Shown piece after piece: positions 57,274 through 64,000 of a stretch of DNA of 64,000 nt (the first letter of the stretch is position 1; the number at the start of each line of letters is the position of its first letter). Origin of the DNA: a virus (lineage: Duplodnaviria > Caudoviricetes); the IMG/VR virus record IMGVR_UViG_3300046490_000096, positions 17,161 to 81,160 of that record, one strand, 5' to 3'. The notes beneath the pieces were generated by a model, which searched no databases, was not told the DNA's origin, and worked only from the letters and a program-made list of their open reading frames with translations. The position numbers and the translations under genes were made by a program.

Positions 57274-58146
57274 CTACACCTCCCCCGCCAGCGCCCGCTT
57301 CGTCAGCGCAAGCACCTGTTCTTGCGTCAGCTCGGCGGATGCCTCAATGGGCTTCGCCGGCCGTGGCTCCAGCATCTTGTTGATCCACGCTCGCTTCGCG
57401 GCCTTCTTCAGAGCGGCCAATTCCTCGCCTGCCTTGTCCGTCGTACCCCAGGGAGCGAGAGCATCGATGGCCTTGTTAAGGTCGGCCAGTTGCTCCTTGG
57501 TAGACATCACGCGAGCAGGAGGGAGTGGTCGTTTTCCGTCCAAGGTATCTCGCAATGCGGGAAAATCCGCCGCGGTCAAATCGTTCATGCTTTGGACGGA
57601 TCGCTGCAAAACCTGTTCAACCCATGCGCGCGCCAACGCTGCATTATCCTTCCCTGCGGCTGCCAAGTCGTCCCACAGCTTCACCCATGGGTCAACCTGC
57701 GTTTCCATGCCCTTCACGTCGTCACCATCGGCCGCGTTGCCGTCGTCGTCGTTCTCGCTCGCCACGCCGAGCAGTGGACTGACTAGGTAACGAGTCCCGT
57801 ACGTCGTGGCAGACCCGAATTCCTTCCAGCCGCTCTTCGTTGGGTCAGGAACCGACAACGCTGACGACCGCCATTCCCCCGAAGAGTGGGTCAACGTCAC
57901 CGTGAGCACTCCGGCGTTGATAGTCGTGCTCAGGGACAGTTCGTTCTCAGCCAGGGCCGACCGGGTAGCGTCCAGCACGGCGTCGAGCGTTGCGTACCGA
58001 AAAGTATACGAGCCGTTGGGCTTCCCGGTCGACTTGTCCTTCGTCACCACCTCGACGGTGCGGTTCTTCCTGATAGGTGCAAATGCGCCCTGTGCCCGCG
58101 CAAGCGCCGCCGCTAGTTGCCCTTGTCCTTCGCTCTGTGTTGCCAT
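57274..58146 (-). CDS. ERF-family single-strand annealing recombinase
   Basis: LAAALARAQ...YTFRYATLDAV...GSATTYGTRY...GVASENDDDGN. Confidence 0.88.
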   Translation of the reverse strand: MATQSEGQGQLAAALARAQGAFAPIRKNRTVEVVTKDKSTGKPNGSYTFRYATLDAVLDATRSALAENELSLSTTINAGVLTVTLTHSSGEWRSSALSVPDPTKSGWKEFGSATTYGTRYLVSPLLGVASENDDDGNAADGDDVKGMETQVDPWVKLWDDLAAAGKDNAALARAWVEQVLQRSVQSMNDLTAADFPALRDTLDGKRPLPPARVMSTKEQLADLNKAIDALAPWGTTDKAGEELAALKKAAKRAWINKMLEPRPAKPIEASAELTQEQVLALTKRALAGEV

Positions 58147-58164
58147 GTCTCGCTCCTTGTTCTA

Positions 58165-58198
58165 TCCCTGAATATGCTCTCGCCCTCAATTGGCTTCA
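58165..58198 (-). promoter_or_regulatory. Motif A promoter-like element overlapping the sigma-factor stop
   Basis: TGAAGCCAATTGAGGGCGAGAGCATATTCAGGGA. Confidence 0.65.
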
Positions 58199-58686
58199 GA
58201 ATTTCTCGCCATCTCGTGCAATTCCCGGATGGCCTTGCTCTTCCGTAGCCGCTGCATCGTGCGCCGGGCTTTCTGTCCCAAGATCCGCTCCTGCAGCCCG
58301 AGTTCCGCCGCCAACTCGGCCGTGCCCACCTCGTCGCCGTCGAGCCCCCATAGCCGCGACAGAAGCTTGCCCCCCTTGGAGCCCTCCACCTCCGCCCGCA
58401 CTCGCGCTGCCCACCACTCGCCCAGAGCTTCTAGGCGCTCCGGCATGCTCGCCCCGTGCTCTGACAGCTCCACGATCACGGGCGGATTGCGGCGAAGCTG
58501 ATACTGCATGCGGCGCATGGCAGTCCTGTACAGGTAGCCGTCCGGGTTGCCCTCGCGCAGTTTCGGAATGGCCATGAGCACCGCAACCGCCGCGTCTTGT
58601 TCCAGGTCCGCACGGTCCGGGTGGTTGCGTAGGTGGCAAGACCGCGAGGCGGCCTCGACTATCGAAACGATCTTCTCGGCGTCCAT
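58186..58686 (-). CDS. Phage-encoded sigma70-family (alternative) sigma factor
   Basis: Region-2-like ADLEQDAAVAVL...YLYRTA..RMQYQLR and region-4-like LWGLDGDEVGTAELAAELGL...Q..RRTMQRLR. Confidence 0.7.
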   Translation of the reverse strand: MDAEKIVSIVEAASRSCHLRNHPDRADLEQDAAVAVLMAIPKLREGNPDGYLYRTAMRRMQYQLRRNPPVIVELSEHGASMPERLEALGEWWAARVRAEVEGSKGGKLLSRLWGLDGDEVGTAELAAELGLQERILGQKARRTMQRLRKSKAIRELHEMARNSEAN

Positions 58687-58689
58687 GGT

Positions 58690-59433
58690 CTACTCCTTGT
58701 CAATGGTCAGCAGTACCGCCCTCACGTTCGTGTCCGGGAAGGTTCCGCCTGGTAGTTCTTCCCAGGTCGTAGCGAGCGGCTTGAGTTCGGCCTCTTGCTT
58801 CGGGCCGTTTGCACAGATGGCCACGAGGCGCCCGCCACGTTTCAAGAAATGCAAAGCCCGCAAAATATGGGCGATGTCCTGCCCTCCGTGGAATGGCGGG
58901 TTTGCAATCACGCGGTTGTAGAGTTCGGGAGCCAGGAATTGCATGAAGTCATCGCGGTAGACGACGGCCGCCCGATGGTCGCGCAGTACTTCTGCCATTC
59001 TGTCGTCAATTTCAACCACGTCGATGTGTGGCGGCTCGCCGGGCATCCCGTACACCCTTCGAATGATGGCCTTGAGGATGTTCCCCTCGCCAGCGCTGGG
59101 CTCCAGGATGCGATTCCCTGGGCAAATCTCGGCAAGCTTCACCATGCGATCCGCCAGCTCGTGAGGCGTGGCGAAGAATTGCAACGTCTTCTTCTTGTCG
59201 ACGATCTCCCCACTCTCCACCGCCAGCCCCAGAATTTCGCGCGGGTCCCCTGCGAAGAGGTGGCACTTCTTCCCGCGGTTCCACTTCCCGCCCGCGGTCT
59301 TTAGGACCTTGTCCACCTGCTCGTACAGCTTGCGATCTAGCTGCTCGGGTAGGGCCAGGGAATCGGCAGTGATGCGCGACCGGGCCAGGACTCCCCGCAC
59401 TTCGTCGGACAGCTTGATCGTGCACGTCCTCAC
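58690..59433 (-). CDS. SAM-dependent N6-adenine-type DNA methyltransferase
   Basis: QFFATP, ILEPSAGEG and VIANPPF. The GTG start overlaps the upstream TGA. Confidence 0.88.
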   Translation of the reverse strand: MRTCTIKLSDEVRGVLARSRITADSLALPEQLDRKLYEQVDKVLKTAGGKWNRGKKCHLFAGDPREILGLAVESGEIVDKKKTLQFFATPHELADRMVKLAEICPGNRILEPSAGEGNILKAIIRRVYGMPGEPPHIDVVEIDDRMAEVLRDHRAAVVYRDDFMQFLAPELYNRVIANPPFHGGQDIAHILRALHFLKRGGRLVAICANGPKQEAELKPLATTWEELPGGTFPDTNVRAVLLTIDKE

Positions 59434-60230
59434 GATTGCACCGCCGCTGCGATCTCGCGTGCCACGTGCCAGGACCAAGCGCTGGGCATCCGTTGCCATG
59501 CGCCCGCAGTGGGTGACCATCGAAAACCGTTGCTCTTGAGGCGCGAGCGGATTTCGTCTGAGGGCTTGCCAGGGAATACCAGTTGCACGCGGTTGTCCTG
59601 CTCTTGGATTGTGACCTCGCCGATCTGCTCATCGGGCATCGGCTCGCGAGCGGCCTTGGCTTCGAGTGCTTCGATCCGCTTCTTGACGTTGCCGGCGTTG
59701 CCGGAAAGGTTGCTCAGGCGGTAGGCAGGCACGCCGATCCGACCTGCAAAGTCCGGGGTCAAGTAGTCCGCCGCATGCAGCGCGGTCAGTCCCAGCGCTT
59801 GTAGGCTAGCAGCGGCCTTGACCTTGTCGCCCTTGGCGGCGCGAATCGCCTTGTTGATGGCCACGCACTTCGCCCGCTCCGCTTCGATGCCCGCCAGCTT
59901 CACGCGGAGTAGGTCCAGCGCTTCGGGGTTGTCCGAGGAGATGGCGCGGTTCTCTTCCGCCGCGTCCGCCCGCCTTGCCAGGTCTTGCGCCGCCTGGCTG
60001 GCTTCGATGGCCTTGCCGGTGAGACTGTTGATCCGCCCGATGTCGCGACGGTGCCGGCCTTCGGAGTGGTGGCCGCAAAGTATGGGCTGGCCAAGGGGGA
60101 TCATGTCCGCGATCTTGTGGGAGCGGTCGAATCCGGCGCGTGCCTCTTGCGCCTTGCTCGCGGCGCGGTCCCGCAGTCTTTCGATCTTGGCTTCCCTGCG
60201 ATCCTGGTAGTCTGCTCGTCCGATTTCCAT
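59430..60230 (-). CDS. DUF3560-domain protein
   Basis: IPLGQPILCGHHSEGRHRR, ISSDNPEA, and C-terminal LKSNGFRWSPTAGAWQR. Confidence 0.85.
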   Translation of the reverse strand: MEIGRADYQDRREAKIERLRDRAASKAQEARAGFDRSHKIADMIPLGQPILCGHHSEGRHRRDIGRINSLTGKAIEASQAAQDLARRADAAEENRAISSDNPEALDLLRVKLAGIEAERAKCVAINKAIRAAKGDKVKAAASLQALGLTALHAADYLTPDFAGRIGVPAYRLSNLSGNAGNVKKRIEALEAKAAREPMPDEQIGEVTIQEQDNRVQLVFPGKPSDEIRSRLKSNGFRWSPTAGAWQRMPSAWSWHVAREIAAAVQS

Positions 60231-60262
60231 GGTGGTCTAGCTCCGTGGTTGGTGGTTGCGAT

Positions 60263-60523
60263 CTAGTGGGTGTCCTGTGTCGCGGTCTCGCCCCAGTCCG
60301 TTGTCAGGGTCTTGGTGTCGTTGGCGCCGATGATCTGGGCCATGCTGTAGTGACCGTCCGGGAATACTTGCTCTTCGTCGCGGTAGACACTCACGCGGTA
60401 CACCTTGCCCTTGGCAGTGGTGATCGTCTTGGCCGTGCGCTTGGCGACGGTCAGGGATGAGATGCAGTTGTGATCGCCGATGCTGCGCGCTTGGTATTGC
60501 TGGCCTGGTTGAAAAGTCGTCAT
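60263..60523 (-). CDS. Small early hypothetical protein
   Basis: First gene after motif B copy 3; GGAG RBS. Confidence 0.7.
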   Translation of the reverse strand: MTTFQPGQQYQARSIGDHNCISSLTVAKRTAKTITTAKGKVYRVSVYRDEEQVFPDGHYSMAQIIGANDTKTLTTDWGETATQDTH

Positions 60524-60559
60524 GGTCTTGCTCCGTTGTGGGTTTCAATCAGTGTCAAG

Positions 60560-60625
60560 ACCTACTCTACGCTCCCCAGCGCAATCGTCAACGGTATTTA
60601 TTAAGTACCATAAAAATAAAATGCA
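60560..60625 (-). promoter_or_regulatory. Motif B promoter plus operator (copy 3)
   Basis: TTGACG-N16-TAGAGT; GGTACTTAATAAATACC at 60593-60609; CTGCATTTT block. Confidence 0.7.
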
Positions 60626-60806
60626 GTGTGTTATCCACGGTCGCGCATGGCGTCTATGGCTCGAATGATGCGAGAGTCGGCGAACCCCATTGCAAGCGCC
60701 GCTTTCCTCCGCTTGCGCGATTGACCCATTCTCTCCGCTTCTTGGTGCCTGAACTTGGCCGCCCTATATCGAGCCACCCAATAGTCCAGGGTGACGGCAA
60801 GGTCGG

Positions 60807-61001
60807 TCATGAACCTTCCGCGAGGCGCTCCAGCTCTCGAACGATGACGTCCTCCATCCACGTGGTGCGAAACCTGGCGCCCGCCTTCTTCGCCGCTTCC
60901 GTGATCGCCTTGTGCTGGGCTTGGGTCATGTAGATTTGGCACCCTATGCGCCGGTCCTTCTTCTTCATGGGTGGCCGCCCGCGCTCGCGCTTGACTGTCA
61001 C
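60807..61001 (-). CDS. Small DNA-binding protein (AT-hook plus ribbon-helix-helix-like)
   Basis: RGRPP followed by IGCQIYMTQAQHKAITEAAKKAG. Confidence 0.55.
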   Translation of the reverse strand: MTVKRERGRPPMKKKDRRIGCQIYMTQAQHKAITEAAKKAGARFRTTWMEDVIVRELERLAEGS

Positions 61002-61675
61002 GAGCGCACCTCAACCTTGCTCACGTCGACCAGGCCGACTTCGCGGGTGCCCGTTCTCAGAAACACCTTCGAGCCGACCGTGCGCACGACCTCGAGGGCG
61101 TCGAGCTCTTCGGGCGAGTAGACCGCGGCGAAGTCCGGAGCCAGCGATGCGTCGAGCACCACACGCGTTCCCGGCTTCATCTTGGCGAGCTTGCGGGTCT
61201 TGTCCGTGGTCTTGGCCACGAAGCCCTTGTTGCGCAGTAGCTCCAGCGCGGTTGCCAGCGTGGCGGCATTGGCTTCGAACCTTGCCACCGAATCCTCGAA
61301 GGCCGCCCGCAGCTCCGGGTTCATCTCGCGCTTGTCCCAGCCGAGCATCCGCAGGCACAGAGCCTCGATGCGCGGGCGAAGGTGCCCGAGCGTCTCGATT
61401 GCCACGTCCAGGGATGGGCGGACCTTGTCCTCGTTCGCGGGCTGCACGTCCGCAACGTCCGTACCCGCGAGCGTCGTCATCGGCAAATCCGGGGCAATCT
61501 CCGCCATCAGCGTTGCCATGCTACAGTCAACCCCGACCGGCGGCTTCAGTTCCTCGACTTTCAAAGGCTGTCCCTTCTCCACCACGGTCACGTGCGGACC
61601 GACCCCCGAGTCATCTTCCAGGTGGGTCAGGTCGTCCACGGTATTTCCATCTGCATCGGTTACAAGAATCTGCAT
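60998..61675 (-). CDS. Hypothetical protein
   Basis: GGAGG RBS before MQILV; helical middle and small C-terminal beta domain. Confidence 0.6.
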   Translation of the reverse strand: MQILVTDADGNTVDDLTHLEDDSGVGPHVTVVEKGQPLKVEELKPPVGVDCSMATLMAEIAPDLPMTTLAGTDVADVQPANEDKVRPSLDVAIETLGHLRPRIEALCLRMLGWDKREMNPELRAAFEDSVARFEANAATLATALELLRNKGFVAKTTDKTRKLAKMKPGTRVVLDASLAPDFAAVYSPEELDALEVVRTVGSKVFLRTGTREVGLVDVSKVEVRS

Positions 61676-61732
61676 GTTCACTCCTCCGCTTTCCTTCGTA
61701 CCATCGCCGCAGTATTTCCGCAACACCAAACT

Positions 61733-62161
61733 TCATAGCGTGCAAGCGCCCGGTGCACAGGTCTGCAAACCCGGCTGCGGATTGTTCCGCACCGTGCACA
61801 GGTAGCCCGGTCCCGCAGTGTAGGTCGTGTAGACCTTCTGGGCAGGGCTCGCGCTGAAGTCGTAGCTCACGACAACCTTCACCCCGTTCTCGTAGCAGGA
61901 CACGCTCGTGAATTGGTTGGTATCTGTCTGAATCACGCACGGACCGGCCGGCACGCAGGTCAGCGTTCCCGCGTCCACACCAGGATGCAGCTCGGCGGGC
62001 CTCGTGTCGGGCGGCGCGACCTCAACCCCGACCAGGTCCACCGCCGGTAGCTCGGCACCGCCAGCCTCGCGCCCCGCGTCCGAAGCCTCAAGGCTCCGCA
62101 GGCCGTCTGTGTTTGTTTCGCAGCCGAGCACCAGTACCGTCAAAAGCAACATCGTTCGCAT
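61733..62161 (-). CDS. Lipoprotein
   Basis: MRTMLLLTVLVLG-C lipobox, DAG-containing linker, Cys-containing C-terminal domain. Confidence 0.65.
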   Translation of the reverse strand: MRTMLLLTVLVLGCETNTDGLRSLEASDAGREAGGAELPAVDLVGVEVAPPDTRPAELHPGVDAGTLTCVPAGPCVIQTDTNQFTSVSCYENGVKVVVSYDFSASPAQKVYTTYTAGPGYLCTVRNNPQPGLQTCAPGACTL

Positions 62162-62288
62162 GGTCCTAGCGTAGGCCACGAATGGTATTTCTGCAATACT
62201 GCACAAGCGAGCAGTCGCAAAGTTAGCTCAAATGAAACGCAGAGTCAGCGGCGCAAGTGTTTGATTTCGTTCACTTCACATTGAAACG

Positions 62289-62309
62289 AAAGACTCAAGT
62301 TGTGACGAT
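62289..62309. promoter_or_regulatory. Motif C copy
   Basis: AAAGACTCAA-G-TTGTGACGAT, nearly identical to the reverse complement of the 14483-14503 copy. Confidence 0.6.
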
Positions 62310-62844
62310 CACCATGCTGCGTCACTCTCGGAACATACAGGGCCCGGAGCCATCCATCTAGTAGATCCGTGAGCGGAGTCTAGAAGAGTGGAAGTGATCC
62401 CCATATCGGGCGGTCAGCTCGGACCACGACGCTCAGATGGACTTGTTGAGCACCGACGTTCTTGCCTTCCGTATCCGCCTGCACCGGGGCCACTTGTTTA
62501 GGCGACCCGACCGTGTCTTCGCCGGGGCCCTGTATCCCCTGGCGCCAATCATTGAGACCAACGGTTATGCAGTTCAGCCCGGTCTCGTGCCGGATAGCTG
62601 CGCGACCGTGCGCAAAGCCTCCCGCATCGTACCTCCGAGTCAGTGACCCATTTCGTCCGCCGACGTTGTGCGCAGACCTTGCGCACGGATGTGATCCAAC
62701 GGCGCCAGTCAGGGCGCTATGCATAGCCCGCTTGCGCGAGCTTGGGAGCCGTGTTACGGTTTCCATAAGGTCTCAGCAACCGAAAGTCTAGAACGGTCAG
62801 TCCTTTACGTCAAGGGGCTGGCCGTTCTGCTTTTAAGGGCGTGC

Positions 62845-63147
62845 CTACCTGATCTCGATCACGCCCTTGCCCATCCGGTCGGCGATGCCGCGTTCGCGCA
62901 TCAAGCCAGGGCTTGGTGACTCCCCGTCCAGGTCCCAGATTATGCCGCTGCTGGCATCAATGCAGGCCTCGATGGCTGGCCACACCTGGGCCTCGATCAC
63001 CATCGCCTCGGCGAGAGCTATCCAGGGAGCCCAGACCACGATCCCTTTGCGAGCAAACTCGTCGCGATGCACGGCAAAGTTGCGCTTCGCGCGTATGAGG
63101 TTCGCGGTGAAACCGCCGTAGCGGTGGCAGTAGTAGAGCAGCTGCAC
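62845..63147 (-). CDS. Nucleoside-deoxyribosyltransferase-like (DUF4406-type) protein
   Basis: YYCHRY...VVWAPW...SPGLMRER..A...GK.V. Confidence 0.55.
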   Translation of the reverse strand: MQLLYYCHRYGGFTANLIRAKRNFAVHRDEFARKGIVVWAPWIALAEAMVIEAQVWPAIEACIDASSGIIWDLDGESPSPGLMRERGIADRMGKGVIEIR

Positions 63148-63165
63148 GCCGGCAGGCTACCCCTA

Positions 63166-63363
63166 TCACCGGACCCGTGGCAAGCGCGCCCCGCTGATCG
63201 ATCCGAGAACCCCGAACGCCGAGAGTATCCAGAGCACCACGGCGATCACCACCACGGCGTTGACGATCGTCTTGAAAGGCGGCTGCATGGGCAGGTACTG
63301 GTTCACGAGCCACAACAGCACCCCGACGACGCAGAGGACAATCACCACGGATAGTATCGACAT
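63166..63363 (-). CDS. Small two-TM membrane protein (Thivi_2564-like)
   Basis: VIVLCVVGVLLWLVNQYLPM..PFKTIVNAVVVIAVVLWIL. Confidence 0.75.
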   Translation of the reverse strand: MSILSVVIVLCVVGVLLWLVNQYLPMQPPFKTIVNAVVVIAVVLWILSAFGVLGSISGARLPRVR

Positions 63364-63600
63364 TCGGCCACCTTGCTTTCTGCGTCGCATCCTACCACGC
63401 CGGTAACCATCGCGCCTTGGCCGGTGTCCAATGGGCATGCCAAAAGAAAAAGTCCCGAGAGACTACGGTGGATCGTGGCGCCCGCTTCGAAGGCGGGCCG
63501 ACTGGACGAACAAATGGGGGATCCTTTTCGAGCTACCTGATGAGGTCGAGATTGCCGCCGGTCTCGGCGAAGACGAGCCTAAAGACGAACGCCCGCCCAG

Positions 63601-64000
63601 CTAGATGGAGGGGCCAGGGGCGGGCGTCAGGATGTCGATGGCCGCTTCCACGAGCTCAATGTAGTGCTGCCACGGGAACGATGGACCCGGATCTTGGTGC
63701 GTCCCGCCCAGCTCGGGGAAGGCGTTCGTGAAATCGACATGCCCGGCGATTCCTCGCATGCCGAGCTTGATGTCGTCCACGGACAGCTTGACCGGCGGAA
63801 TGCCCCATTTCTGGCACATGGACGCGGCCAGAATGGCGCTCTGCTTAAGTTCGGCCTCGCTATCTTCGTCCGTCCACTGTTCGGGCGTCTGTTCGGACAG
63901 GCCGCAGTGCTCGATGCCCAGACCGCGGCGGTTCGCGCCTGGACAGTGCCAGGCCACGTCCGTCTCGCGCACACACTGGACAACCGTCGTGGGGTCGACG
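63601..64000 (-). CDS. N-acetylmuramoyl-L-alanine amidase (Amidase_2 endolysin), 5'-truncated by the window
   Basis: VDPTTVVQCVRETDVAWHC..AN..GLGIEH...GHVD...HQDPG. Confidence 0.9.
   Translation of the reverse strand, partial: VDPTTVVQCVRETDVAWHCPGANRRGLGIEHCGLSEQTPEQWTDEDSEAELKQSAILAASMCQKWGIPPVKLSVDDIKLGMRGIAGHVDFTNAFPELGGTHQDPGPSFPWQHYIELVEAAIDILTPAPGPSI

Noticed and set aside
1-64000. Stop-codon reassignment
   Set aside because: Core genes (capsid, portal, sheath, helicase) are full length in the standard code and all three stop codons are used; the terL split is not a single in-frame stop.

Overview
This window is 64 kb of a high-GC tailed-phage or prophage genome with a contractile (myovirus-type) tail, encoded almost entirely on the minus strand. 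No integrase, CRISPR array, rRNA or reverse transcriptase was seen. In transcription order (right to left) it holds: an amidase endolysin (truncated at the window edge); early and anti-restriction genes (DUF3560-like, N6-methyltransferase); a phage sigma factor; a recombination/replication block (ERF, SMC-like ATPase, DEDDh exonuclease, ParB-like protein, SF2 helicase); a long run of small accessory genes with the packaging genes scattered through it; then portal, head morphogenesis protein, scaffold, major capsid, neck, sheath, tube, frameshifting chaperone, tape measure and baseplate. The standout observations are: (1) the terminase large subunit is split into separate ATPase and nuclease genes about 10.5 kb apart; (2) a ~320-nt tetraloop-rich structured RNA lies directly after the major capsid gene; (3) a superoxide-dismutase-fold protein carries an inserted HExxH metallopeptidase domain; (4) three families of repeated DNA motifs occur (a 34-bp promoter-like motif x6, probably read by the phage sigma; a sigma70 promoter with a 17-bp operator x3; a 21-bp palindrome x4); (5) a degenerate tRNA-like RNA sits right behind one promoter. 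All family calls come from motif recognition by eye, with no database search. The host is undetermined; myxobacteria-like lipoprotein features are only a hint.
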